A stretch of DNA of 64,000 nt, taken from an uncultured Gemmatimonadales bacterium. GTDB lineage: Bacteria > Gemmatimonadota > Gemmatimonadetes > Longimicrobiales > RSA9. This document shows, piece by piece, positions 9,377-19,179 of the stretch. How positions within the stretch are numbered: the stretch's first letter is position 1; every line of letters starts with the position of its first letter. The stretch is taken from assembly GCA_963708135.1 (NCBI GenBank), contig OY970192.1, forward strand, positions 2,496,001 through 2,560,000, given 5' to 3'. The notes beneath the pieces were generated by a model. It was not told the DNA's origin, made no database searches, and saw only the letters and a list, made by a program, of their open reading frames with translations. The position numbers and the translations under genes were made by a program.

Positions 9377-10870
9377 ATGACCAGCCAGCGCCCCTTCCGT
9401 AGCGCCCTCTCCCGCACCTTCGCCGTGTGCGTGGTCTGCCTCGGCGCGGCGCTGCCCCGCTGCCGGGAGGCGCCGGGCGACACGGGAACCGCGCCGCCGG
9501 ACGCGCCCGGCGACTCCACCGCCGGCCAGCCGGCCGCGCTCACGCCCCAGGACTGGCCCGGCTTCGGCCGCGATCCCGGCCGAACGAGCGTCGTCACCGG
9601 CACCGGGATCGCCGCGAGCGGCCTGGCCTCGCTCGAGAAGCAGACCGTCCAGCTCGACGGCACCGTGGATTCCTCGCCGATCTACCTGCACGGCGTCAGC
9701 GTGGGCGGCGCGTCCCGCGACGTCTTCTTCGTCACCACCACCTACGGTAAGACGCTCGCCATCGACGCCGACTCCGGGACCGTCCTGTGGCGCTTCACCC
9801 CTCCCGGCTACGACGGCTGGGCCGGCTCCTACCGCATCACGACCGCGACGCCGGTGGCCGATCCCGGCCGAGACTTCATCTACGCCGCCGCCCCGGATGG
9901 CGTGATCCGCAAGCTCGCGGTGGCGGACGGCCACGTCGCCTGGAGCACGCCGATCACCACCCTGCCGGCCCGCGAGAAGATCGCCGCCCCCCTGAACTTC
10001 TATCACGGCCGCGTGATCGCGACAACAGGCGGCTACATCGGAGACGCGCCGCCATACCAGGGGCACGTCGCCGTGCTCGACGCCGCGAGCGGCGGGCTGC
10101 TGCACGTCTGGAACGCCCTCTGTAGCGAGCGGGCCGCTCTCCTCGATCCCTCCTCCTGCCCCGAGAGCGGCGCCGCAATCTGGGGACGCGCCGGCGCCGT
10201 CGTCGATACGGTCACGGGGGACCTCTTCGTCGCTACCGGGGACGGCCACTGGAACGGCAACACCGACTGGGGCGACGCCGTGCTCGAGCTCGATCCGGAT
10301 GCCACGAGGCTGTTCGGCAACTACACCCCCTCGAACACGGAGGAGCTCGACGCCTCCGACCGCGACGTCGGCTCGACCTCGCCCGTCCTGCTCGGCGGCG
10401 GCCTCGTGGCGCAGGGCGGCAAGGACCAGGTCATCCGGCTGCTCGACTGGAGCGCCATGCGCACCGCGGGGCCGCACCGCGGCGGCGAGCTCCAGAGCGT
10501 GCCGACCCCTTCCGGAGCCCGCCTCTTCACCGCCCCCGCGGTCTGGCGGAACGCTGGCGAGACCTGGCTGTTCGCGGCGGACGGCGGCGGCACCGCCGCG
10601 TGGGTCGTCGGCGGGCGGCGCCTGGAGCAGAGGTGGAAGAACGGCGATGCCGGCACGAGCCCCGTCGTCGCCGACGGCCTGCTCTACGTCTACGATCCCG
10701 GCGGCAACGGACTGCGCGTCTACGACGCCGCGAGGGGCCGCCGCGTCGCGACGCTCGACGCCGGCTCCGGCCACTGGAACAGCCCCATCATCGTGGACGG
10801 CCGGATCGCGCTTGCCGAGGGCAGCGCGAACCACCACGACCAGCGCGGCGTGCTGGACATCTGGAGGTAG
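9377..10870 (+). CDS. Secreted PQQ-binding-like beta-propeller protein
   Basis: Start MTSQRPF; DWPGFGRD, LAIDADSGTVLW Trp-docking repeats, ATGDG, DRDVGS, SPVVADG. Confidence 0.8.
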   Translation: MTSQRPFRSALSRTFAVCVVCLGAALPRCREAPGDTGTAPPDAPGDSTAGQPAALTPQDWPGFGRDPGRTSVVTGTGIAASGLASLEKQTVQLDGTVDSSPIYLHGVSVGGASRDVFFVTTTYGKTLAIDADSGTVLWRFTPPGYDGWAGSYRITTATPVADPGRDFIYAAAPDGVIRKLAVADGHVAWSTPITTLPAREKIAAPLNFYHGRVIATTGGYIGDAPPYQGHVAVLDAASGGLLHVWNALCSERAALLDPSSCPESGAAIWGRAGAVVDTVTGDLFVATGDGHWNGNTDWGDAVLELDPDATRLFGNYTPSNTEELDASDRDVGSTSPVLLGGGLVAQGGKDQVIRLLDWSAMRTAGPHRGGELQSVPTPSGARLFTAPAVWRNAGETWLFAADGGGTAAWVVGGRRLEQRWKNGDAGTSPVVADGLLYVYDPGGNGLRVYDAARGRRVATLDAGSGHWNSPIIVDGRIALAEGSANHHDQRGVLDIWR

Positions 10871-10922
10871 GCGAGCCGCCCCGCCTGCTCACTCGCGTGC
10901 GCGGGCTACGCGCGCCCGAGCC

Positions 10923-12518
10923 TCACCGCAGGGATGCCGCGCCCCAGTGGTTCAGCCCCATCGCCGTCCAGCGGGCCAGGTGCGTGGACAGGCGGGCGCG
11001 GAAGCTCTCGAAGTCCCGCCGCTCCGGGGCGCTCCAGCCCACCTCCGCCACGGCCGGCATGCGCGGCAGCGCCATGTACTCGAAGTCCGCCAGCGTGCCG
11101 AGCGTCTCCGACCAGAGCGGCGCCTCCACGCCCAGGACCGAGCTCTCCGGCACGCCGGGGAGCGGCTCGGCGGGCACCCAGTCGTAGACCTTCCGCAGGT
11201 CGAGGTGCCCGGCCCAGGACAGCCCAAGCACGGTGGCGCTGTCGTACTTCATGTCGAGATACGCATGGGCGGAGCGCGACAGGATGATCTTCGAGCCGCG
11301 CGCCACGGCCGCGCGGCTCGAGTCCGGGATCCAGCTCTGCACGATCACCGACGGCGGCAGGTCCAGCGACGCGATCTCGCTCCACCCGATCATCCGCTTC
11401 CCGTTGTCATGCACGATCCGCTGCACCCGCTGGACGAAGCCCTCGTACTGGGCACGCGTGAGCCCCTGCACCTCGTCGCCGCCGATGTGGAAGTACGGTC
11501 CGGGGGTGATGCGCGCGATGTCGCGGACCACGTCGTTCACGAACCGGTACGTCACGTCCTTGTCCACGCACAGCACGCCGGGCGCGCCGCCGATCCCGAA
11601 GAAGTGGGGCGGCGCCTTGCCATCGCACGCGAGCTGCCCGTACGAGCTGAGCGCCGCCGTAATGTGGCCGGGCATGTCGATCTCCGGCACGACCGTGATG
11701 TAGCGATCCCGTGCGTAGCGGACGAGCTCCTTCCACTGCGCGTCCGTGTAGAAGCCGCCCTCCGCGCCGCCGACCTCGTAGAGCCCGCCCCAGCGGGCGA
11801 GGTTCGGCCAGGACGGAATCTCGATCCGCCACCCCTGGTTGTCCGACAGGTGCAGGTGCAGCCGGTTCATCTTGTAGAGCGCCATCACATCCATGAACCG
11901 CTCGACATCCCCGACCGGCAGGAAATGGCGCGCCACATCCAGCATGATCCCCCGCCACTCGAAGCGGGGCACGTCCGTGATCCGTCCCGCCGGCACCTTC
12001 ATCGGGCGCGGCCGCGCGGCCGTGTACTCCACGCGCGCCGGCAGGAGCTGCCGCAGCGTCTGGACGCCGTGGAAGAGTCCCGCCGGCCGCCGCGCCACGA
12101 TGCGCACGCCCGCCGTGTCCACCGCCAGCGTGTACCCTTCCTCGCCCAGGCTCGCCGCGGCCGTGTCCAGCACCAGCGCGATCGCGTGCGGCGGCACCGT
12201 GTCCGGCGCCATGAGCACCCGCGGCGTGGACTCCTTCGTCGTCCCGATCAGCCGCGCCAGCACCCGCCCGATCCTCGCCGCCTCCGCCTGCCCCCTTCCG
12301 ACCACGATGGCCGTGGCCGTGTCCACCGTGAAGCTGTCCCCCGGCACCATCTTCACCGAGAGCGGCATCGGCACCACGTCCACCGCCGGCGGAAGCTCCG
12401 CCGCCGGAACCGCCGGCATCCGGGCGGGCGCCGGCCGCGGCGTGCCGGCGCCCGGGGCGCAGCCGGCGAGCGCCACGAGCGCGAGAAGTGTCCCTGCGCG
12501 CGCGCGCCCTACATCCAC
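10923..12518 (-). CDS. Beta-N-acetylhexosaminidase (GH20), lipoprotein
   Basis: PRFEWRGIMLDVARHF, LHLSDNQGWR, PEIDMPGH, catalytic HIGGDE; lipobox LAGC. Confidence 0.95.
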   Translation of the reverse strand: MDVGRARAGTLLALVALAGCAPGAGTPRPAPARMPAVPAAELPPAVDVVPMPLSVKMVPGDSFTVDTATAIVVGRGQAEAARIGRVLARLIGTTKESTPRVLMAPDTVPPHAIALVLDTAAASLGEEGYTLAVDTAGVRIVARRPAGLFHGVQTLRQLLPARVEYTAARPRPMKVPAGRITDVPRFEWRGIMLDVARHFLPVGDVERFMDVMALYKMNRLHLHLSDNQGWRIEIPSWPNLARWGGLYEVGGAEGGFYTDAQWKELVRYARDRYITVVPEIDMPGHITAALSSYGQLACDGKAPPHFFGIGGAPGVLCVDKDVTYRFVNDVVRDIARITPGPYFHIGGDEVQGLTRAQYEGFVQRVQRIVHDNGKRMIGWSEIASLDLPPSVIVQSWIPDSSRAAVARGSKIILSRSAHAYLDMKYDSATVLGLSWAGHLDLRKVYDWVPAEPLPGVPESSVLGVEAPLWSETLGTLADFEYMALPRMPAVAEVGWSAPERRDFESFRARLSTHLARWTAMGLNHWGAASLR

Positions 12519-13042
12519 GGCTCGTCAGCCGTCGGGCCGTAGATCGAGGGAACGCGGCCGTCCGCCATGCGCAAGTAGATCGAGAACTGGCCGCGGTGGT
12601 GGATCTCGTCGGCGAGCATGATCTGGAGGAAGCCGAGGCGCGGAACCCGGATCGGCTTGTCCTTGCCGGCCAGGAACGGCACGGTCTCGAGGAACCAGGC
12701 GTCGTCGGCGCCGCTCAGCATCGCCATGAACCCCTGGTACGCCTGCTCGACGTTCACGAGCAGCTCGTCCCACGACTCGGGCGGCAGCGGCGGCTCCATC
12801 GGCGCCTGCTGCCCGAACTGGCCGCTCACCACCATCGTCGCGAACGCGCGCTCCATCGCGAACATCCACGCCAGCTCGCGCGCGTTCTTGCACTTGGCGT
12901 GCGGCCGCAGCTCCAGCTTGTCCGTTGGATAGGCGCGCAGCACGCGCATCGTCGTCTCGTGCTCCCGGGCGTAGGAATCCAGCAGCTGCTGCTTCGGGCT
13001 GGGCAGCGTCACCGTCTGGCCGACCTGCGGTGAGCTCGACAT
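12509..13042 (-). CDS. DinB family protein
   Basis: RPH..K..RELAW; IHHRGQFSIYLR...VPSIYGPTADE. Confidence 0.85.
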   Translation of the reverse strand: MSSSPQVGQTVTLPSPKQQLLDSYAREHETTMRVLRAYPTDKLELRPHAKCKNARELAWMFAMERAFATMVVSGQFGQQAPMEPPLPPESWDELLVNVEQAYQGFMAMLSGADDAWFLETVPFLAGKDKPIRVPRLGFLQIMLADEIHHRGQFSIYLRMADGRVPSIYGPTADEPWM

Positions 13043-13144
13043 CGGACCTCCGAGGGTTGGGGAAACACGATCGGGAGAAGAGGAGGATGGAAGGCGACGG
13101 CCGCCGGCGCAACACCACGAGTGCCGGCGCGGATACGGGCCACT

Positions 13145-13840
13145 CTAGCCGGCCGGCCCGGCCGCGAGGACGTCCGTGAAGCAGAAGCCGTCGCGCGTCA
13201 GCGTCTCCCCCACGTGCACCTCGAGCGGCCCGGCGAACATCGGCCCCGCGGAGCAGAAGGTGTGGAACTCGCCCCGCTCACCGCACGGGTCCACCCCCGC
13301 CGGCAGCTCGGCCAGGAATGTCTCGTCCCAGGTCCGCCCCGCGAAGCTCGCCGACAGCTGCGCCGGATCGACGCACGTGAGCACCGCGCGGAGCCCGGCC
13401 CCGAGCAGCCGCCGCGCCAGCGCCGGCGTCGCCTCCGGCGAGCACCAGACCGGGAACAGCGGCTCGATCCCCGTCCCCTCCATCATCCGCGCGCGGTACG
13501 CGCGCACATCCTCCAGGTACAGGTCGCCGAAGGCCACGTGCGTGACCGCCGCGGTGCGCGCCCGCTCGACCGCCGCCCGCATCCGCCGCTCGTACTCCGC
13601 GTTGGGACACGGGTACGGCAGCATCACCGGCCACAGCGCGAGCCCCGCCGCGGCGGCCTGTGCCTCCACGAGCGAGCGGCGCACCGAGTGCATGGCCACG
13701 CGGTCCGCCGCCTCGTTGAAGCTCGTGAGCAGCCCCACCACCTCCACGTCCGGCTGGCCGCGCAGGACGTGGAGCGCCCAGGCGCTGTCCTTGCCCGAGC
13801 TCCAGGAGAGAAGGACGCGTTTCGCGCCGGCCCCGCTCAC
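13145..13840 (-). CDS. PP-loop ATPase, diphthine-ammonia ligase/DUF71-like adenine nucleotide alpha hydrolase
   Basis: GTG start overlaps the upstream TGA (GTGA); LSWSSGKDS PP-loop, FGDLYLEDVRAYR, DPCGERGEFHTF. Confidence 0.88.
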   Translation of the reverse strand: MSGAGAKRVLLSWSSGKDSAWALHVLRGQPDVEVVGLLTSFNEAADRVAMHSVRRSLVEAQAAAAGLALWPVMLPYPCPNAEYERRMRAAVERARTAAVTHVAFGDLYLEDVRAYRARMMEGTGIEPLFPVWCSPEATPALARRLLGAGLRAVLTCVDPAQLSASFAGRTWDETFLAELPAGVDPCGERGEFHTFCSAGPMFAGPLEVHVGETLTRDGFCFTDVLAAGPAG

Positions 13841-15468
13841 CTGCGGGCTCCGCGACGCCGCGCGCGCCCCGGCCGCAGCTTCCCGTCCTCCTCCGCCGCC
13901 TCGCCCCAACGCTCGAGGAACGTGGTGATGAACGCATGCAGCGCCCCCGGCGGGGCCGCCAGCGGCGCGAGCGCCATGGCCGCCGTGAGCGCGATGTGGT
14001 AGCCCTCCGCCCTCGAGCCCGCGAGGCGGCGCCACGCGGGATGAGCGTCGTTCACCCACACGGTCGACTCGACGAGCCGCCCGAGCTCCGGCAGGTCGGG
14101 GCGCGACTCGAAGCGGATCTCGAGTCCATACCGGCCCGGGCGCTTGTGGCCGCCCCGTCCGGGCAGCTCGCCCAGCGTGGCGGCTGGCGGCCCGGCCGGC
14201 TCCTCGCCAGGCGACGTCGCCGCCTGCGGCTCCGCTGCCCCCGGCTCGCCCTCCGGCGCGGATGGCTCCGGGCCCGCACCGCCGCCACCCGGCCGGTCGG
14301 CTTCGGCTCGGCCCTGCAGTGCGGCCGCCGCCGACCATTCCGCGCCCGTCTCGCGCACGCCGCCGAACGGGATCCGACGCTGACCGCCCGGGCGCCGGTC
14401 CACCAGCGTGGCGAGCAGGGGGAAGTCGTCCGCCAGATCGATCAGGATGTGCTCCAGGTCCCGCTCGATGGGCCGTGTCCGGGGGCGGCGGGCGGGCGGC
14501 GGCTCCGCCCCGTCACCCCATGCCGCGAGCTGGTCGCTCACGGCCTGCTGTACTGCCTTCCGGTAGGCAAGGTAGGTGGCGCCGCGCGTGCCGGTTCGGA
14601 CGAAATCCGCCTTGTTCAGCGTCAGCGCCTCCGACAGCGCCGGCGCCTCCACCAGCCCGGTGATCCGGTCCGCCGCCACCGGGGCGATCCCCAGCCAGTC
14701 CCACCCCCGCAGGATCATCTTGCCGAGCGTGCTCACCGCCACGCCCCGCCGGTCCTCGGGCAGCGCCTCGTCCGCGCGCGCGAGCCACCCCACCGCCGAC
14801 GGCTTCCGCTTTCGCGGCATGCGCACGACGAGCGGGGCGTGGCCCGCGGCCGCCGCGTCGCCCTCCCTGCGTTCTAGCGGCCGCCCGTTCAGGAAGAACC
14901 GGATTCCCACCGGATAGGCGTCCTCGAGCACGCCGTCGAACGCGGCGTCGAAGAGCGGAGCGAAGTGCGCCCGCAGCGTCGCTTCGAGCCAGCGCTCGTC
15001 GAGCAGCTCCGAAAGCGGGTTCTCCAGCCGGAGGCGCACCGCGGTACCGCTCTTCCCCGCTACCAGCCCCGGCGCGTCGACGTACCGCCACGGCGCCTTG
15101 TGGCGGGAGGACAGGTGCCAGACCGTGGCGTACGCCCGCCCCGCCCGCCGTGTTTCCGTGATCACCTCCTCGCACGCCAGCAGCGCCAGCTTGATGCCCA
15201 CGCCCGCGAAGCCGATCCCGCGCCCACGCCGCTTGCTCGTCGCCGCCAGATCGTGGTAGCGCCGCAGCTGCGCCCGCGTCATGCCCCCGCCGTCGTCGAC
15301 GATCGCGAGCGTGGCCGCGGCCGGATCCGCACGAAACGCCACGTGCCCGGCCCCCGAATCCAGCGAGTTCGCCACCGTCTCCGCCACGATGGTCGCCGGC
15401 AGCGAGCCCGGGTAGGCGTCGCGCAGGTCCTCGAGCAGATGCAGCAGGTTGACTCGTGTCTGGCCCAT
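13837..15468 (-). CDS. GHKL (Hsp90/MutL/MORC-like) ATP-binding protein
   Basis: Bergerat motifs ETVANSLD, DDGGGM, GFAGVGIK, GTAV; Pro/Ala/Glu-rich linker; C-terminal VWVNDAHP. Alternative start at 15486. Confidence 0.82.
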   Translation of the reverse strand: MGQTRVNLLHLLEDLRDAYPGSLPATIVAETVANSLDSGAGHVAFRADPAAATLAIVDDGGGMTRAQLRRYHDLAATSKRRGRGIGFAGVGIKLALLACEEVITETRRAGRAYATVWHLSSRHKAPWRYVDAPGLVAGKSGTAVRLRLENPLSELLDERWLEATLRAHFAPLFDAAFDGVLEDAYPVGIRFFLNGRPLERREGDAAAAGHAPLVVRMPRKRKPSAVGWLARADEALPEDRRGVAVSTLGKMILRGWDWLGIAPVAADRITGLVEAPALSEALTLNKADFVRTGTRGATYLAYRKAVQQAVSDQLAAWGDGAEPPPARRPRTRPIERDLEHILIDLADDFPLLATLVDRRPGGQRRIPFGGVRETGAEWSAAAALQGRAEADRPGGGGAGPEPSAPEGEPGAAEPQAATSPGEEPAGPPAATLGELPGRGGHKRPGRYGLEIRFESRPDLPELGRLVESTVWVNDAHPAWRRLAGSRAEGYHIALTAAMALAPLAAPPGALHAFITTFLERWGEAAEEDGKLRPGRARRRGARR

Positions 15469-15513
15469 CCGGCGGGCTCCGGCCATGTGTTCGGGGGACG
15501 GTCGGAATTGAAT

Positions 15514-16128
15514 CTAGGGCGACACGCCGGACCGTGCGAGCCCACCCCCGGCGTCGCCCGGCTCGGGCAACGCGCCCGTGTGGTGCCGGGTGTGCTCGAT
15601 CGCTACGCGGTAGTGTTCCTCCAGCGTCAGCGCGCCGAAGAACGGGTGTCGCACGTGCCGCCCCGAATTCTGCGACGCCGCGGTCAGCCACTCGGCCTCG
15701 TAGGAGGCGACGCCCTGGCGGAGCGCCGCCAGCACCTCCTCCTTCTCTCCCGGCTCTTCCGGCGGCACGGCGGAGCGCGGCGATCGTCCACCCGCCGGGA
15801 ACCAGCCGCCCGCCCGGATCCGCGGCAGCGCGCTCTCGCGGATCCCGGGGATCCGCTCCGCGAACGTCTCCGGCGTCACGTCCGGCCCGTCCCGCAGCTC
15901 CCCCGCGAACCCGGCGTAGGCCAGGGCGAGGTGGCGCACCTCCTGCCCCGCCGACCACTTCCCCGGCGCGCGCGGCCTGCGCCACGCCTCCGGCCCGAGC
16001 CCCTCCGCCCGCCGCAGCAGCTCGGCCACCACGGCCGCGTGCTCCTCGCGCGGGCTCGGTCTGCGCCCCGCCCACACCGGCTCGTCGCCGGTCGGCAAAG
16101 CCTCCCGGTTCCGCTCCTCGTCGCTCAC
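15514..16128 (-). CDS. DinB_2 family protein
   Basis: PGKWSAGQEVRHL; HPFFGALT...EHTRHH histidine set. Confidence 0.85.
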   Translation of the reverse strand: MSDEERNREALPTGDEPVWAGRRPSPREEHAAVVAELLRRAEGLGPEAWRRPRAPGKWSAGQEVRHLALAYAGFAGELRDGPDVTPETFAERIPGIRESALPRIRAGGWFPAGGRSPRSAVPPEEPGEKEEVLAALRQGVASYEAEWLTAASQNSGRHVRHPFFGALTLEEHYRVAIEHTRHHTGALPEPGDAGGGLARSGVSP

Positions 16129-16706
16129 GCGTCCGCTCCGGTCACATCCGCCCCCGCCCCGCCGCTCTCCTCTTCCGGCGGCCCGCGCTCACTTCCGGGG
16201 TCCACCGCATACTCGAGCGCCACGATGCCGCTCGGGTAGATGCGGTGGCCGGTCAGCGTGAGCCGCCGCCGCACCGCGGGCGAGGGCAGGAGGGGAACCC
16301 CGCCGCCGAGCAGGATCGGGATCACTGCCGGCTCCACCGTGTCCACGCGGCCGAGCTCGAGCATTGTCCGGAACAGCTCGCCACCGCCGAACAACCAGAT
16401 GTCGCTGCCCGCCTCCGCGCGCAGCGCGTCCACCTGGGCCGCCAGCTCCCCGCTCACGACCTCCACGTCCGGGTGCTCCTCCGGCCGCAGCGTCCGCGAG
16501 ACCACGACGGTCCTCATGCCCTGGAACGGCCCGCCGCCCGGAGGCAGCGCCTCGTACGTGCGCCGCCCCATGAGCAGCGTGTCGAACTGCGCGAAGATGG
16601 CGCCGAAGTCGATCTCCGGGTCCTGCACGAGCCAGTCGAACTCGCCCTGCGGCCCCGCGATGTAGCCGTCCAGGCTGCACGCCACCTGATAGCGGATCCG
16701 ACGCAT
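16125..16706 (-). CDS. Dihydrofolate reductase/RibD C-terminal domain protein
   Basis: ACSLDGYIAG, LLMGRRTYE, IWLFGGG, PILLGGG. Confidence 0.9.
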   Translation of the reverse strand: MRRIRYQVACSLDGYIAGPQGEFDWLVQDPEIDFGAIFAQFDTLLMGRRTYEALPPGGGPFQGMRTVVVSRTLRPEEHPDVEVVSGELAAQVDALRAEAGSDIWLFGGGELFRTMLELGRVDTVEPAVIPILLGGGVPLLPSPAVRRRLTLTGHRIYPSGIVALEYAVDPGSERGPPEEESGGAGADVTGADA

Positions 16707-16772
16707 GAGCGCCTCCCGGCCGCCTGTTCGTGAACGCGTCCACGTGCGTGGCCATGGCCGTTGGGGAGTCCT

Positions 16773-18917
16773 TCACCACGCAATGCCGTAGTCCTCACCA
16801 TGATTGCTCGAGCCGCCCCACAGCGTGTGGTGCTTCACGTCGAAGAAGATCGCGTTGATCGGCCCCGACGTGCGCGGCGCGAGCTGCAGCGTGTAGCCCA
16901 TGGCGCGCAGCGCCGCGCGCGTGGAATCGGGCAGCGACGTCGCCACCAGCATGTGTCCCGGGCGGCTCTCGTGCTGCCCGAACGAGGAGCGCATCTGGTA
17001 GCTGTTGATGTTCGGCGCCTCCACGGCCTGCTGTACGGTCATGCCGAACTCGACCACGTCCAGGAAGAACTGCAGGAGATTCTGGTCCTGCGAGTCGCCG
17101 CCCTGCACCGCGAACGCCAGGTACGGCGCGCCGTCCTTCAGCGCGATCGTCGGCGTGAGCGTCACCCGCGGCCGCTTGCCCGGCTCGATCACGTTGTACG
17201 GCCCGTCCTCCGGGCGCGTGACGAAGCTCTGCGCCCGCTCGCTGAGCCCGATCCCCGTGTGTCCCGCGATCACCGCCGGCACCCAGCCACCGCTCGGCGT
17301 GATCGAGACCACCCACCCCTCCGCATCCGCCGCCTCGATCGAGGTCGTCCCCGCGTAGAAGGCCCGACCGAACGAGGAGTCCGCCGGCATGGCGTGTTCG
17401 GGCAGGAACTCGGCGGTGCCGGACATGCCGCCTTCAGGCGACGCATCCGCCGCGCGGCCCACGCTCGCGAGGCGGCTCGCGCCCGCACCCACGCGGCGCG
17501 CCCCGCTCCCTGCGGCCGCGTAGTGATCCGCGGCCGGTGAGCGGCCGGCGGCGGCGGCGCCTGTGGTGTCCTTTGCCGCGCCCGGTGCCCTGTCCTGCTG
17601 ACCGCTGGGCGTTGCGGCCTTGGCAGGCACGAACCCGTGCGGATCCCACGCGGCCAGGTATCGCTTGAAGGGGTTGCTACCGCCCTGGTAGGCGTACGGG
17701 TCGCCCGGCTTCACGTCCGGGTCGTTCTTCTGCCAGTCGATCTGCGCGTAGCGCGACTTCGCGTACGCCTTCGAGAGCAGCCCCTCGACCGGCTCTTCCG
17801 GCGGGAAGTACGGGTCGCCGTAGTAGAAATCCCGGTCCGCGTACGCCAGGTTCATGGTCTGGTAGAGCGTGTGGATGTAGCGCGGCGAGTTGTAGCCGAA
17901 GCTCGCGATGTCCGGCACGTTCTCCAGGATGTTGAGGGCCTGGAGCAGAACCGGCCCCTGCTGCCAGATCGGGAGCTTGTAGACCTGGATGCCCTTGTAG
18001 CTCGTCGAGTACGGCTCCTCGATCTTCACCTTCCAGTCGGCCAGGTCCCGCATCGTGATCAGGCCGCCCTCCTCCTGCACGCCGCGCACGAGCTCGCGGG
18101 CGATGTCGCCCTTGTAGAACCGGTCGTACGCCGCGTAGATGGCCTGCTTGCGCGTCTTCCCCGCCACCAGCGCCTGCTGCTCCGCCTCCACCAGCTTCCG
18201 CCACGTCGCCGCCAGGTCCTTCTGCACGAAGACCTCTCCCGGCTCCGGCGCCTCGTAGCTCTCGCCCAGGTGCGGCAGCATGATCTCCTTCGAGTACTTC
18301 CACTTCTTCAGCCAGTCCTTGTCGTGCTCGATCGTGCGCGAGAGCTGCGCCTCCATCGGGTAGCCGTCCGCCATCTGGATCGCCGGCGCCAGCACATCCT
18401 TCAGCGACAGCGTGCCGTACTCCGCCAGCATCGTGAGCAGTCCGCCCACCGTGCCCGGCGTCACCGCCGCGAGCGACCCGTACTCCGGCGGGAAGCGGTA
18501 CCCCTTCGAGTGGTAGAACGCCGCCGTCGCCCCCGTCGGCGCCACCCCCAGCGCGTCGATGCCGATCACCTTCTTCGTGTGCGGATCGTAGATCAGCGCC
18601 TGCGTCTCGCCACCGCACGAGAGCGTGTCCCACATCGTGCAGCCGGCCGCGAGCATCGCCACCGCCGCGTCCACCGCGTTGCCGCCCTTCGCGAAGGTCA
18701 GCGCCCCCGCCGTGGCCGAGAGCGGCTTGCCGGTGATCGCCACCCAGTGCCTGCCGTGCAGCGGCGGCTTCTCCGTCTGCGAGTAGCGCGGGTCCTCCGC
18801 CTGCCGCGGCTGCGCCGTGCGCGGCCGCTGCCGTTGCTGCGCATGCAGAGAGAGCGGCGCCAGCGTGAGAGCCGTGGCGCCGGCCAGGAGCCGGAGACGG
18901 ATGCGTGCCGGGATCAT
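16773..18917 (-). CDS. ggt: Gamma-glutamyltransferase family protein (secreted)
   Basis: Start MIPARIRL with signal peptide; GGNAVDAAVA, ADRDFYYGDP, N-terminal nucleophile TTS, PGKRPRVTLTP, GGDSQDQ. Confidence 0.9.
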   Translation of the reverse strand: MIPARIRLRLLAGATALTLAPLSLHAQQRQRPRTAQPRQAEDPRYSQTEKPPLHGRHWVAITGKPLSATAGALTFAKGGNAVDAAVAMLAAGCTMWDTLSCGGETQALIYDPHTKKVIGIDALGVAPTGATAAFYHSKGYRFPPEYGSLAAVTPGTVGGLLTMLAEYGTLSLKDVLAPAIQMADGYPMEAQLSRTIEHDKDWLKKWKYSKEIMLPHLGESYEAPEPGEVFVQKDLAATWRKLVEAEQQALVAGKTRKQAIYAAYDRFYKGDIARELVRGVQEEGGLITMRDLADWKVKIEEPYSTSYKGIQVYKLPIWQQGPVLLQALNILENVPDIASFGYNSPRYIHTLYQTMNLAYADRDFYYGDPYFPPEEPVEGLLSKAYAKSRYAQIDWQKNDPDVKPGDPYAYQGGSNPFKRYLAAWDPHGFVPAKAATPSGQQDRAPGAAKDTTGAAAAGRSPAADHYAAAGSGARRVGAGASRLASVGRAADASPEGGMSGTAEFLPEHAMPADSSFGRAFYAGTTSIEAADAEGWVVSITPSGGWVPAVIAGHTGIGLSERAQSFVTRPEDGPYNVIEPGKRPRVTLTPTIALKDGAPYLAFAVQGGDSQDQNLLQFFLDVVEFGMTVQQAVEAPNINSYQMRSSFGQHESRPGHMLVATSLPDSTRAALRAMGYTLQLAPRTSGPINAIFFDVKHHTLWGGSSNHGEDYGIAW

Positions 18918-19179
18918 GGGCTCGGACCGGTTGGAGGAGGAATGCGACGTCGTCCGGCGGCTCGCCAGCGTGCACCGTTCCGCCGTGCGCGGCCTGCCGC
19001 CGGGCACCCCGCCGTGCGGGGCCGGGGCGTCCCGCCCAATGTGCGGCGGCGCCGCGGCCGACGCCAGACGGGGTACGAGGGCACGCCGCGTCCAGGCGAA
19101 ATCCTCGATCACCTGCTACCGGGCGTGCCGCGGTTCGCGGCCTGGGAGGCGTACGGCCTGCAGATGAACCCCGGTCGAT

